This document shows, piece by piece, positions 28,877-39,202 of a stretch of DNA of 64,000 nt. Position numbers and translations under genes: made by a program. Source of the stretch: an uncultured Candidatus Saccharibacteria bacterium. GTDB lineage: Bacteria > Patescibacteriota > Minisyncoccia > Phycocordibacterales > PALSA-1337. Positions within the stretch are counted from its first letter, which is position 1, and each line of letters begins with the position of its first letter. The stretch spans positions 16,671 to 80,670 of the forward strand of contig CAYVEL010000001.1 in the NCBI GenBank assembly GCA_964450345.1, given 5' to 3'. The notes under the pieces were generated by a model. It was not told the DNA's origin. It made no database searches and saw only the letters and a list, made by a program, of their open reading frames with translations.

Positions 28877-31420
28877 ATGAAACTGTTAACCAAAATCAAA
28901 CGTCGTTTTAAGGCACATTGGATAAGAAATGCCATTTTCTTAATCTTGTCCTTATTCGCTATTTTAGGTGGAATAGTCGCTTTATGGGCCACCACAATAG
29001 AAATACCAGACCTATCTTCTTTTAATGACAGACGTGTGGAACAATCAACTAAAATTTTCGATAAAACAGGAAAAGTGCTTTTGTACGATATTCATGCAAA
29101 CGCAAAAAGAACACTAGTAACATCTGAAAACATATCTGATAACGTTAAAAAAGCCACTGTAGCCATAGAAGACGATCAATTCTATTCGCACATAGGATTC
29201 AGACCAACCTCTATTATAAGAGCCTTCCTTAAAAATCTAACTTCTGGTGGCCTAGCTCAAGGAGGATCTACTATTACTCAACAAGTAATTAAAAATACAG
29301 TATTAACAACAGACAAGACTTTTACCAGAAAAATAAAAGAGATTATCCTTGCTCTTAAACTCGAAAAAGCTTTAACAAAAGATCAAATACTAACAACATA
29401 TCTAAACGAAACTCCTTATGGAGGTAACATTTATGGTATCGAGGAGGCTTCTAGACAGTTTTTTGGAAAAACAGCCAAAGAAGTTGATCTAGCTGAAGCT
29501 GCTTATTTAGCAGCTTTACCACAAGCGCCTTCATATTTCTCCCCTTTCGGAAAACATAAAGACAAATTAGATGATAGACAAAAACTTGTTCTATCTAGAA
29601 TGCTTGAAACCAAAGTTATAACTCAAAAAGAATACGACGAGGCTAAAAAAGAAGTTGTAAAATTTGAAACAAAAGCAGAAGGAAATATTCGAGCACCACA
29701 TTTCTCAATGATGGTACGTGATTATCTAATAGATAAATACGGCGAAGATAAGCTAATGAACAGTGGTCTTAAAGTAACCACCACTCTAGATTATGATCTG
29801 CAACAAAAAGCTGAAAAAATAGTTACAGACTACTCGAAATCATTAGAAGAAAACTTTAATGCCAGCAACACAGCAATGATTGCTATAGATCCTAAAAAAG
29901 GAGACATCTTGATGCTTGTTGGTTCTAAGGATTATTTCGATCAATCAATAGACGGTAACGTTAATATTGTTACAGCTCTAAGACAACCAGGTTCAACATT
30001 TAAACCTTTCGTATATGCTACAGCATGGTCAAAAGGATATACACCGGAAACAGTATTATTCGATGTTGAAACAGAATTCTCTTCAGAATGTAAACCTGAT
30101 GGAACACCTAAAAAAGAAGGCGACGACCCTACTAAAATATGTTACTCCCCTGTTAACTACGACGACATATTCGAGGGACCGATGCAAATGCGTAAAGCTC
30201 TAGCACAATCCAGAAACATACCTGCTGTTAAAACTCTTTATTTAGCAGGAACATATGATTCTATTAAATTAGCTAGAAAAATGGGAATCGATTCCCTAGG
30301 AGATCCTAATAGATACGGTCTAACATTAGTTCTAGGAGGAGGAGAAGTCTCTCTACTTCAATTAACAAATGCTTACGGAACATTCGCTAATGAAGGAGAT
30401 TATATTCCTTCTAGATACATATTAAAGGTTGAGGATTCTAATGGAAATATATTAGAAGAAGCGAAAGATGCTAAGCCAGAAAAAGTTCTTGATACTAATA
30501 TTGCCAGAGAAATATCAGATGCTTTATCAGATAAGAAAATAAGACTTGATTCTCTAAATAATTTATTAGGAAACGTATCCCAGCCACTCGCTGTTAAAAC
30601 AGGTACCACAAATGACTATAAAGATGTTTGGATTGTAGGATATTCTCCAAATATAGTTGTGGGAGCTTGGGCTGGTAAAAACGATAATACTCCTATGCAG
30701 AGAAAAGTAGCTGGAGTTATTATCTCCCCTGTTTGGTCCGCCTTCATGCACGAAGCTTTAAAAGACAAACCTGTAGTTAGCTTTAAATCTCCAGAAAAAA
30801 ATCCCGATGATCTAAAAGCAGTGCTAAGAGGTGTTTGGCAGGGTGGAATATCTTACTTTATAGATAAAATTTCTAAAAAAGTAGCCACTGAATATACTCC
30901 TGATTTAGCAAAACAAGAAGTTGTGTTTAACGGAATACACTCAATCCTATATTGGGTAGATAAAGATAATCCTAGAGGTGATATTCCTAAAGACCCATCT
31001 AAAGATTCACAGTTTGAAAACTGGGAATACGGTGTGAGAAATTGGGCTAAACAGTATATGGAAGAAAATCCTAGTTTTAAAGAAGCAAAATCAATATCTG
31101 TTCCTGAAGAAAAAGACGATGTTCATACAGCTGAAAATACACCTTCTGTTAAATTAGTAATAAAAGACAAAAAAGAATCTTACATTGCAAAAGATTCTCT
31201 GGAACTATCTATAGATGGTAAATTCCCAAATAAAATAGAAAAAGTTGAGTTTTATTTAAACAATGTATTACTTGGAAAAATATACAATGAGAAGGATACG
31301 TTAAAGATTAACCTATCTGACATACTGTCTACCCAAGAAAATAGTGAGCTAGGTGTAAGAATATATGATTCATTACTAAATACAGCTCAAGATTCAGTAG
31401 AAATTAAGATTAGCGACTAA
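28877..31420 (+). CDS. Class A penicillin-binding protein (PBP1A family)
   Basis: EDDQFYSH, GGSTITQQ, RKIKE, SxxK (GSTFKPF), SxN (SRN), KTG. Confidence 0.94.
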   Translation: MKLLTKIKRRFKAHWIRNAIFLILSLFAILGGIVALWATTIEIPDLSSFNDRRVEQSTKIFDKTGKVLLYDIHANAKRTLVTSENISDNVKKATVAIEDDQFYSHIGFRPTSIIRAFLKNLTSGGLAQGGSTITQQVIKNTVLTTDKTFTRKIKEIILALKLEKALTKDQILTTYLNETPYGGNIYGIEEASRQFFGKTAKEVDLAEAAYLAALPQAPSYFSPFGKHKDKLDDRQKLVLSRMLETKVITQKEYDEAKKEVVKFETKAEGNIRAPHFSMMVRDYLIDKYGEDKLMNSGLKVTTTLDYDLQQKAEKIVTDYSKSLEENFNASNTAMIAIDPKKGDILMLVGSKDYFDQSIDGNVNIVTALRQPGSTFKPFVYATAWSKGYTPETVLFDVETEFSSECKPDGTPKKEGDDPTKICYSPVNYDDIFEGPMQMRKALAQSRNIPAVKTLYLAGTYDSIKLARKMGIDSLGDPNRYGLTLVLGGGEVSLLQLTNAYGTFANEGDYIPSRYILKVEDSNGNILEEAKDAKPEKVLDTNIAREISDALSDKKIRLDSLNNLLGNVSQPLAVKTGTTNDYKDVWIVGYSPNIVVGAWAGKNDNTPMQRKVAGVIISPVWSAFMHEALKDKPVVSFKSPEKNPDDLKAVLRGVWQGGISYFIDKISKKVATEYTPDLAKQEVVFNGIHSILYWVDKDNPRGDIPKDPSKDSQFENWEYGVRNWAKQYMEENPSFKEAKSISVPEEKDDVHTAENTPSVKLVIKDKKESYIAKDSLELSIDGKFPNKIEKVEFYLNNVLLGKIYNEKDTLKINLSDILSTQENSELGVRIYDSLLNTAQDSVEIKISD

Positions 31421-31670
31421 GTTTTATATCTATAATATCGAATCCTCCTTCTTTAATAGCCTCCATAATCTTATCTTTCTTTAAAATAACAGTATTTTTT
31501 TCAGCGCTTCTAATATTTAGGAGTGCTGTTTTTTGTTTTATGTTTATTTTGTCTGAATCTATATTTATCTTACAGATTTTTCTGAGAATAGCAGATAAAC
31601 CTATTCTGTTTATGTCAGCATCGTCTGTTATCTTCCTATACTTCTTTAGAAACCCCTCTATTTTCTGCAT
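31410..31670 (-). CDS. Small protein downstream of dnaN, possibly DciA/DUF721-like
   Basis: Overlaps the dnaN stop (coupled); size and position fit, sequence similarity not confirmed. Confidence 0.45.
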   Translation of the reverse strand: MQKIEGFLKKYRKITDDADINRIGLSAILRKICKINIDSDKINIKQKTALLNIRSAEKNTVILKKDKIMEAIKEGGFDIIDIKLSR

Positions 31671-32770
31671 TAGCGATTCATAGGCATTACCAAATAGAGA
31701 AAGCTAGTATCTCCATTACTTCTTAGGATAACAGGCCTCTGAGGTCCATTAAACGATAAATAGACACTGTCCGCATAAATAGATTGAAAAACATCTGATA
31801 AATATTTTTGATTGAAGTTCGCTGAGTAGTCCTCTCCTTCTACACTGGCACTTATTACGGTTTTATTCTCACCAACATCACTATTTTTTGTTGTCAGAGT
31901 AATTGTTTTATTTTTTACTGAAATAGATATGTTTGCTTGATTAAACTTATCTGTAAATAAAGTAGATACTTTTAAAGCATTTATCAAATCATGCTTTAGA
32001 GCCACAACTTCAGAAGATGTAGACTTCGGAATAATCTGTTTATAATCCGGGAATGAGCCGTTAATCAATCTTGAGACTAGATAAACACCTTCTTTTTCAA
32101 AGGTTATTTGGTTTTTATCAAAAGAAATATTAATATCCTGGTTTCCATTATCAAAAACCTTTATTATTTCGGGAACATTTTTAAAAGGTATTAACAAAGA
32201 AAGCTCTCCTTCTATGTCCACTGCCTTAAATCTCTTTTCTGATAATCTAAATGAATCTGTAGCAACAAACACTATATCGTTCTGGTCTTTATATATATAA
32301 ACACTAGAAAGTTCTGGTTTTATAGATGAAACAGAAGCTGAAAACCATACTGACTTAAAGCCAAGTGTTAATTCTTTAGAATTTATCTTAAAAGATGATC
32401 CTTCTGTAATTCTAGGGATAGCTGGGTAATCGTCTTTAGGATATGTCTTAATAACTGCATTGTTCTTATTTCCTTCTATTTTTAAATTACCATTATCTTC
32501 TTCTAGAATAATTGTTTTGTCGGCTGCTATACCTGATATATATGAATTAAAGATAGCTGAAGGAACTACCACCTCACCTTCTTTAATAACTTTTACTGGA
32601 ATATCGAGTTCTATTCCTATGTCTAGGTTTGTAGATTTAATCTTCAAAGAGTTTCCTGTCGCACTCAAATGTAAACCAGAGAGTATCGGTAGATTTAGAT
32701 TCTTACCGGTCATACGTTCACTTAGGCTAATCGCCTCTTGAAGTTTTTCTCTAACGCATTCGATTTTCAT
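31670..32770 (-). CDS. dnaN: DNA polymerase III beta clamp
   Basis: LPILSG, STNLD, VATDSFRL, SRLINGSFPDY, LVMPM. Confidence 0.97.
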   Translation of the reverse strand: MKIECVREKLQEAISLSERMTGKNLNLPILSGLHLSATGNSLKIKSTNLDIGIELDIPVKVIKEGEVVVPSAIFNSYISGIAADKTIILEEDNGNLKIEGNKNNAVIKTYPKDDYPAIPRITEGSSFKINSKELTLGFKSVWFSASVSSIKPELSSVYIYKDQNDIVFVATDSFRLSEKRFKAVDIEGELSLLIPFKNVPEIIKVFDNGNQDINISFDKNQITFEKEGVYLVSRLINGSFPDYKQIIPKSTSSEVVALKHDLINALKVSTLFTDKFNQANISISVKNKTITLTTKNSDVGENKTVISASVEGEDYSANFNQKYLSDVFQSIYADSVYLSFNGPQRPVILRSNGDTSFLYLVMPMNR

Positions 32771-33007
32771 ATTCTTTATATATAAGAGAATTATTTTTAA
32801 TTAATAGAAGTGTGGATATGTGGAGAACTTTTTATATCTTTATTTATTAAGGGTTTTTTCTTTATAAGTTTTTAACATTTTGTTGATAACTACTTTATAA
32901 AATTTGATAACTTTTGCTTTTTTGTTTTTATACACTTTTTATTAGTAGTTTTTCAGTAGGTTTTCCCATACTTTTCCACAAGGATTCTAACAGGTTACCA
33001 ACAGGTT
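32771..33007. other. oriC region, dnaA-dnaN part
   Basis: AT-rich 32771-32805 and degenerate DnaA boxes TGTGGATAT(32811), TGTGGAGAA(32819), TGTTGATAA(32881), TTATACACT(32928), TTTTCCACA(32972); strand composition switches across ~33-35 kb by eye. Confidence 0.7.
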
Positions 33008-34363
33008 TTAAACATTCATCATCGCTCTAAGCTGGCCGATCTCCTTACTTAACTCCGTATCTGTTTTAATATCGTTTTTAATTTTCTCACAAGAATGGAT
33101 GACTGTAGTATGGTCTCTTCCACCAAGCTTCTCTCCTATTGAAGGGAATGAAACATTAAAATCTTCTCTTAGAATATACATAACTACTTGGCGAGGTTTA
33201 ACCACTTCTTTCTTTCTGGTTTTATCGTAAATACTTTCTTCTTCTATATTATAAAACTGAGCAACGGTCTTAACAATCTCTTTAATAGCAACGTTTTTCC
33301 TAGGTCTAGCTGTGTCTCTTACGATGTTTTTAATATCAATAATACTCAAAGGGCGACCCTTAATCTGTGTTTGTATGACAATACTATTTAAAACACCTTC
33401 AAGCTCTCTTATATTCCCTGTAACTGTTTCAGAAAGGTAATCAATAACATCTTGGTTTAATATTAGATTGTAAGTTTTTGCCTTTGATTGAAGGATGGCT
33501 GATCTAGACTGAGCGTCTGGTGAAGGAATATCAATAATCATTCCAGCTCCGAATCTAGACTTTAGACGGTCTTCCAGATTCTGAATATAGTTAGGATGTT
33601 TATCTGAAGAAAAGATAATCTGCTTAAAATTGTCGTATAAATGATTAAACAAATGGAAAAGCTCTTCCTGGAATTTATCCTTTCCAGAGAAAAATTGAAT
33701 ATCATCTACAATTAAAAGATCATATTTTCTATACTTTTCTTTAAACTGGGCCATTCTACTGTTTTGAATAGCATCCCAACACTCAGTTCCGAATTTTTCA
33801 GAGGTTAAATAGAATACTTTCTTATTTGGAAAATGTTTTTTAACATGATTACCTATAGCTTGGGTTAAATGGGTCTTCCCTATTCCGGTATTACCGTAAA
33901 TAAATAGAGGGTTATAAACTTTTCCTGGATTTTTAATAACAGCTTGAGCTGCTGCGTGGGCAATTTCATTAAAAGGACCAATAACAAAGTTTTCAAATGT
34001 ATATCTAGGGTTTAGATTGTCTTCTTTATTAACATAAAGCTCGTTTAGAGGTAGTTCATTATACATATGAGCCTTTATCGCTGCAGCAGATGTTTCGCAC
34101 TTCTTGGGGTCTTTTTGCTCGTTGATGACATATTCTAGACCACGAACAGCATCATTGTGATTTCTTAGTATTCTTAAGATTGAATTATGAAACTTCTTCC
34201 AAAGCCACTCTTTTATGAATGTGCTTGGAACATTCAGATAAACTATACCGTCTTCTACTCTGTGGATGTTGGTGTCTTTAAACCACATCAAATAATCACT
34301 CTTAGAAAGGGTTAGTTCTATTTCTGTGCGAACATTTTCCCATAGTTTATTGTGGTCGTGCAT
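33008..34363 (-). CDS. dnaA: Chromosomal replication initiator DnaA
   Basis: LNPRYTFENFV, YNPLFIYGNTGIGKTHL, DDIQF, RELEG, GGRDHTTVIHS; start MHDHNKLW at 34363. Confidence 0.97.
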   Translation of the reverse strand: MHDHNKLWENVRTEIELTLSKSDYLMWFKDTNIHRVEDGIVYLNVPSTFIKEWLWKKFHNSILRILRNHNDAVRGLEYVINEQKDPKKCETSAAAIKAHMYNELPLNELYVNKEDNLNPRYTFENFVIGPFNEIAHAAAQAVIKNPGKVYNPLFIYGNTGIGKTHLTQAIGNHVKKHFPNKKVFYLTSEKFGTECWDAIQNSRMAQFKEKYRKYDLLIVDDIQFFSGKDKFQEELFHLFNHLYDNFKQIIFSSDKHPNYIQNLEDRLKSRFGAGMIIDIPSPDAQSRSAILQSKAKTYNLILNQDVIDYLSETVTGNIRELEGVLNSIVIQTQIKGRPLSIIDIKNIVRDTARPRKNVAIKEIVKTVAQFYNIEEESIYDKTRKKEVVKPRQVVMYILREDFNVSFPSIGEKLGGRDHTTVIHSCEKIKNDIKTDTELSKEIGQLRAMMNV

Positions 34364-34511
34364 TTGTTTTGTAAGTTGGAAATAATTATATACCTGTGGA
34401 TAGAATTTAGAACTTGTGGAATACTTAAAAATATGTTGAGAAGCTGTTAATAACCTGTGGACACAAGAAAATTTGATTTTTTGCAAATAATGTTCTAAAC
34501 TCTTATTCATC
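34364..34511. promoter_or_regulatory. dnaA/rpmH intergenic region with DnaA boxes (oriC part)
   Basis: TGTGGATAG(34395), TGTGGAATA(34415), TGTTAATAA(34445), TGTGGACAC(34456). Confidence 0.65.
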
Positions 34512-34658
34512 ATGTCGTTTACTTATAGTCCAAACAAAAAGAAGAGAGCACAGGCACACGGTTTTCTAATGAGAACAAGAACAAGCAAGGGTAGAAAGGT
34601 TCTCGCAAGAAGACGTGCTAAGGGAAGAAAGTCCCTTACTGTTTCTGCTGGTAGATAA
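34512..34658 (+). CDS. rpmH: 50S ribosomal protein L34 (missing from the ORF track)
   Basis: Manual translation [48 protein letters not shown]; TAATG overlap with rnpA. Confidence 0.95.
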   Translation: MSFTYSPNKKKRAQAHGFLMRTRTSKGRKVLARRRAKGRKSLTVSAGR

Positions 34659-35011
34659 TGTTAAAATCCTCAAAAAGGCTTAGTAGAGCGTCTTTTGAGA
34701 AGGTTTTTACCGGAGGAAAGATAGTTAGAACTAAAAATTTTAATTTTCGAATTCTAAAAGACCCTACCCTACAGGGTCTTTTCGCGGTATCTGTCTCTAA
34801 GAAAGACTTTAAGACAGCTGTGTCCAGAAATAAAAACAAAAGAAGAGTTTACTCTATTATTAGAGAAATTAATAAAGAAAACAGAGAATGTTCTGTAATG
34901 AGTAAAAACAACACTACACAATCAATATCAGCAATAGTCTTTGTAAAAAAGACTGCGGAGTTAGAAAAATACTCCTTATTAAAGACTGAAATAGCTGATA
35001 TACTTAAATAA
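34658..35011 (+). CDS. rnpA: Ribonuclease P protein component
   Basis: [25 protein letters not shown]; rpmH-rnpA-yidC synteny. Confidence 0.9.
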   Translation: MLKSSKRLSRASFEKVFTGGKIVRTKNFNFRILKDPTLQGLFAVSVSKKDFKTAVSRNKNKRRVYSIIREINKENRECSVMSKNNTTQSISAIVFVKKTAELEKYSLLKTEIADILK

Positions 35012-35016
35012 CTAAC

Positions 35017-35751
35017 ATGTACACAACATATATATATAAACCACTATACAATGGCTTTATTTACTTAATGGACGCTTTTCCTTGGATGGATGCCGGTATT
35101 GCTATTATAGTATTTACTTTAATTATTAAGTTTGTTCTATTCCCTCTTTCTAAGAAAGCTATCGTTACGCAGTTAATGTTAAAGAAGGTGGAACCTGAAA
35201 TTAAGGCAATTAAAGATAAGAATAAGGGTAATAACCAGGCTGTGGCCGTTGAAACAATGGCTCTTTATAAGAAATATGGAATAAATCCACTGGCGAATTT
35301 CTTTTTGTTACTTATTCAGCTACCTATTTTGTTTGCTTTATACTCTGTGTTTATGAAGGCTGGTTTACCTGATATAAAAATTGATTTTCTATATAGTTTC
35401 GTAAGTGTTCCTACTGTTAATATGAATTTTCTAGGATTTCTAGACATAGGAAAACCAAATGTCATTGCTGCTATCATTGCTTCTGTATGTCAGTATATTC
35501 AGATAAATATTTCATTACCTAAGATTGATAAGAAGAATTATGATCCTAGTGATATGTCACAGGCTATAGCAAAAGGAATGAATACCAATATGAAGTACTT
35601 CTTCCCTGTTATTATTCTTCTGATATCTATTAAACTTGCATCAGCTATCGCTTTATATTGGATTGTAAGTAGCTTGTTTATGATTGGTCAGGAGCTTTTG
35701 GTTAAGAGAAGACTAGAAAAGCAGTTAGCAGAGAATGGAAATTTAAAATAA
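35017..35751 (+). CDS. yidC: Membrane protein insertase YidC/Oxa1
   Basis: GIAIIVFTLIIK..LFPL, MALYKKYGINP, LLIQLPI, ALYWIVS. Confidence 0.94.
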   Translation: MYTTYIYKPLYNGFIYLMDAFPWMDAGIAIIVFTLIIKFVLFPLSKKAIVTQLMLKKVEPEIKAIKDKNKGNNQAVAVETMALYKKYGINPLANFFLLLIQLPILFALYSVFMKAGLPDIKIDFLYSFVSVPTVNMNFLGFLDIGKPNVIAAIIASVCQYIQINISLPKIDKKNYDPSDMSQAIAKGMNTNMKYFFPVIILLISIKLASAIALYWIVSSLFMIGQELLVKRRLEKQLAENGNLK

Positions 35752-35763
35752 TTAAATAAGACT

Positions 35764-35807
35764 TAAAATAATAAAACCCCACAAATTTGTGGGGTTTTAT
35801 TATTTTA
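35764..35807. terminator. Perfect palindrome / bidirectional terminator between yidC and the T4SS-like cluster
   Basis: TAAAATAATAAAACCCCACAAA|TTTGTGGGGTTTTATTATTTTA. Confidence 0.7.
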
Positions 35808-35814
35808 GTTAAAT

Positions 35815-37062
35815 CTATTTAATTTCCAATGACCAGAGAGATAGGTCGTTTTTGTTTTGGAAAATAAGATACTGTTCTTTAGGGTCTGTGAATATATTGA
35901 TTACGTCTATTGTTACTCCAGCTAAAGCGGTTGGATTTCCTAGTTCTTTTACTGAATCGTCTTTGGTGTCATAGCTCCATAGTCTATCATCTAATGAAAT
36001 TAAACCCTTGAACCATTCTTCTGGATATATACCCGATTTAAATTCTACAGGTATACCACAATATAGAACATTCTGATCTCTACTTCCCCAAGTACATTTT
36101 TCTGCCATTGTTCTAATAGGGGTATCTGTTATTTTTGATGTCTTTACATCATAGATTTTTACTTCGTATGTGCCATTGTTTATTGAAGAGAATGCGATCT
36201 TTGTATAATTTTTGTTTGGAAGTGTTTCAAGAGAGACTCCTTTTTGTATTAACTTTAAACCAGAGTTTGAACCTATTGTGTATAAATAAGATGATCCTGA
36301 TCCATAAGCACTAGCTTTTGTTGTTAGGATTAGAGTATTTTTTTCTGGCCAAGTTATATTCCAATATTTGTAAGGGTCTTTTAGTAAGGTCTCTGTTTTG
36401 TTTGTTTTTATATTCTTTTTATATACAGTTATTCCTTCGTCAGATACTATACTGTAAACAAATGATGGATCTTTAAGGTCTGGAGATGCTATAACAGTGT
36501 CAGAGTTATTCTCTATATTAATCATTTTAGACAAAAATGGAGATTCGTCGCTAGTAGATGAAGAAGTGTTTTTTGTTAAAGATATAACCCTATCAGCTAT
36601 AGTATTTTTATTTTCTAGATATTTTATAAAATAAGTCATTCCGTCTGGTGACCAGATAGCCTCGTATAAATCTGGTATTGTTTTGTTTAATATTTTAACA
36701 ACAGAAGCACCGTCTGTTTTTGTTTCGTAAACATGTCCTCTTCCCCTTTCCACATATCTGATTATTGTTGAACTCGCTGATGTTGTGGCGATTGTTCCTG
36801 CTACGGGATCAGCAGATATTAATCTTAGTCTTGGTAAATTTGCCTGGATAGGGTCATCTATTGGTATTGTGCTTGTTGATACGGGTCTTTTTCCTCCATT
36901 AACAGAACTTATAGGAAATGGAGAGAAGCCATTTTTTTTACCACCGTTATTTTCTTCGGTTGTTGGAAGTGTTTTTATGAACGAGAAGTATATAACTATT
37001 GCAATTGTTATTATTGCAAGTATTGCTCCTAGTATTAGTATGTTTTTGGCTTTTTTATCCAT
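35815..37062 (-). CDS. Membrane-anchored beta-propeller-like protein (T4SS-like cluster)
   Basis: N-terminal TM; WSPDG, EKCTW, LYCGIP motifs; beta-rich. Confidence 0.6.
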   Translation of the reverse strand: MDKKAKNILILGAILAIITIAIVIYFSFIKTLPTTEENNGGKKNGFSPFPISSVNGGKRPVSTSTIPIDDPIQANLPRLRLISADPVAGTIATTSASSTIIRYVERGRGHVYETKTDGASVVKILNKTIPDLYEAIWSPDGMTYFIKYLENKNTIADRVISLTKNTSSSTSDESPFLSKMINIENNSDTVIASPDLKDPSFVYSIVSDEGITVYKKNIKTNKTETLLKDPYKYWNITWPEKNTLILTTKASAYGSGSSYLYTIGSNSGLKLIQKGVSLETLPNKNYTKIAFSSINNGTYEVKIYDVKTSKITDTPIRTMAEKCTWGSRDQNVLYCGIPVEFKSGIYPEEWFKGLISLDDRLWSYDTKDDSVKELGNPTALAGVTIDVINIFTDPKEQYLIFQNKNDLSLWSLEIK

Positions 37063-37089
37063 TTTGATTTTAAAACTTTTCTTTAAAGA

Positions 37090-38115
37090 TTATTTTGTTG
37101 TCGATGCGGTATTAGTTTTTGTTGTCAGTATGTCTCGCATTCTTTTTGCGTCACTCGCAATCTTTTCTTCTATCGCCTTTTGAGTGAAAGCAACAATCTC
37201 ATCTTCAGCGTCTTTGATCGCTTTTATTTGTGCTGCGTCTAAGGCTTGAGATTGTGTGGCGTTTTCCATTTTTGCTTTTACCATATCGCTAAATCCGTTG
37301 TTCTTACTATTAAATGTTTCTAGTACTTGGGAAGCTAATTTTCCCTGATTTGAAGCATATGTTAGTTCAAGATTTGTAGAATTAATTGTTTGTAGAGCGA
37401 AGGTTTTTTGTGCGTCTAGTTGAGCATTGTAAGCATTTTGAAACAATTGAGAATTCAATTCAGTTAGTTGTTTTTCTATTTCTGTTGCTTTAGAGTAGTC
37501 GCCACTTTTTATTGCCGCTTCCTTCTCTGCTGCTAGACTGCTGTACTCTGTTTTTAGGGCATTGAAATCTTTATTGTAAGACTGAATATTTGAAATTAGC
37601 TGTGCTTGTGATGTAGAGAAATTACCTTCGTAATCATAGGCTTTTAGATATTGTGGCATTGCTAATGTGTCGAAATTCGCTTTGAAATTAACATACCTTG
37701 GGTCTATGTAGTAAAGAACTATGTAAGAACATAGAACCATTAATAGTCCGTATATAGCGTTCTGTACGTAGGCTCTTCCCTCAGATGTTCCACTGAATGA
37801 GTCTGTTGTGGCTAGTTTAAAACCTCCCCAAGATATCATGATTACTGCTAGAGCGATTCCAATTCCAATTCCTAATCTGTAAATCTGTACTAAGTAAGCC
37901 CCGAACTGGTCCTGTTTATATGAGGTCACATTTGTTCCGTCAGTACATGATCCATTGGTTACCTCCCCTGAATTTCCTGCACATGGTAGTGGTTCTAGAA
38001 GTTTATATTCTATTCTAGAGTCTGTTGTCTCTGCTTTAACATCACTACTGATGAAAGCTACAGACATTAAAATCATAAAGCTTAGAATTATGATTGTATA
38101 TATATTTCTATTCAT
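37090..38115 (-). CDS. Pilin/VirB2(TrbC)-like protein with C-terminal coiled coil
   Basis: Signal peptide, YKLLEPLP, GIGIALAVIMISWGGF...GRAYVQNAIYGLLMVLCSYIVLYYIDP hairpin. Confidence 0.65.
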   Translation of the reverse strand: MNRNIYTIIILSFMILMSVAFISSDVKAETTDSRIEYKLLEPLPCAGNSGEVTNGSCTDGTNVTSYKQDQFGAYLVQIYRLGIGIGIALAVIMISWGGFKLATTDSFSGTSEGRAYVQNAIYGLLMVLCSYIVLYYIDPRYVNFKANFDTLAMPQYLKAYDYEGNFSTSQAQLISNIQSYNKDFNALKTEYSSLAAEKEAAIKSGDYSKATEIEKQLTELNSQLFQNAYNAQLDAQKTFALQTINSTNLELTYASNQGKLASQVLETFNSKNNGFSDMVKAKMENATQSQALDAAQIKAIKDAEDEIVAFTQKAIEEKIASDAKRMRDILTTKTNTASTTK

Positions 38116-38116
38116 T

Positions 38117-39133
38117 CTATTGGTTTAGATTAATCCCTACTCCAGCATGTGCTTCTTGTAATAGATGGCCAGAGTTATTAATAGTTACAGATACTTGAGT
38201 CTGTCCTGTGTCGCTGGTTTTTGGTTTTAGAACAATTATTTTTTTTGTTTTTAATTCTGGATATTCTGTATAACCTATATTCCAATTGTATGATAGAAGA
38301 TTATTTAGAAAATCATTTTTATTAAAATAGAAAGGCTCTGCTTCTACTGCTACCTCATTAGCCTTTATTGATAATAAATTCGGTATTGCTTTGTTCCACA
38401 TTGTTCCGAAAATTGGATTCTTTTCATATAAGATAACTTGTGATTCCATTGGTTCAAATACAAGAGATTCTGTTCCTGTCATACCATGGTCTGGAGAAGT
38501 TACTTCTACTGAGACCTCCATATCTCTTCCTAGAAAATTTCCTGGTACTGATACCGAGGACTTCCCTCTTCCTGATTGATCTTGCAAGACCTCAGAGTTC
38601 TTCTTCCATTTAAAGACTAGGTCTTTAGAAGGAATAGCCTTTCCTTCAACGATGAAAGATGGGACAGCCACTAATTCAATATTATTTTGCTGAGTATATA
38701 GTGGAATTCCTTTATAAAATGGTGGAACTGTAGAGTTTGATGACCATAGAAGACTAACGTCTGCTGGTGTAATTTTATATACTCTTTCTACGTTCACACC
38801 TGCACTTGTTGTAATTGATATTTTTATTACACTAGTTTTTCCAGCTTGAGGAGCATTAAAAGTAAATTCTCTTAATCCTTTACCGCTCTTAATAAGCGCT
38901 CCGTTATTAAAGATTTTTACATCAGAGCTGTTTATGTCTAAGGGTGTGTAACTTGTAAGCTTAACAGTAACTAATTGCTCTGGTTTAGGAAGTTCTGGAT
39001 CAATATCTACCTGCAATGAGCCAGCTATACCTTGGTTTATATAGTCTGTTTCTGCTTTAGAGATTGAGAAATTTATGAAAAATAAAACAACTAAAGCTAT
39101 ATAAAAAAACGCTTTTTTATAGTTCGTTACCAT
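38117..39133 (-). CDS. Secreted Ig-like domain protein
   Basis: Signal peptide; VPPFYKG, LVFKW, AEPFYF; beta-rich. Confidence 0.6.
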   Translation of the reverse strand: MVTNYKKAFFYIALVVLFFINFSISKAETDYINQGIAGSLQVDIDPELPKPEQLVTVKLTSYTPLDINSSDVKIFNNGALIKSGKGLREFTFNAPQAGKTSVIKISITTSAGVNVERVYKITPADVSLLWSSNSTVPPFYKGIPLYTQQNNIELVAVPSFIVEGKAIPSKDLVFKWKKNSEVLQDQSGRGKSSVSVPGNFLGRDMEVSVEVTSPDHGMTGTESLVFEPMESQVILYEKNPIFGTMWNKAIPNLLSIKANEVAVEAEPFYFNKNDFLNNLLSYNWNIGYTEYPELKTKKIIVLKPKTSDTGQTQVSVTINNSGHLLQEAHAGVGINLNQ

Positions 39134-39202
39134 TAAGTAATTCTAGCACAAAAATATGGTTATAAGGCCATTAAAATTCATATTTTTGTGGATATTTAAT
39201 GC

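Noticed and set aside
34364-34513. 50-aa N-terminal extension of DnaA in the ORF track
   Set aside because: Runs through DnaA boxes and overlaps the rpmH start; DnaA-like sequence begins at 34363
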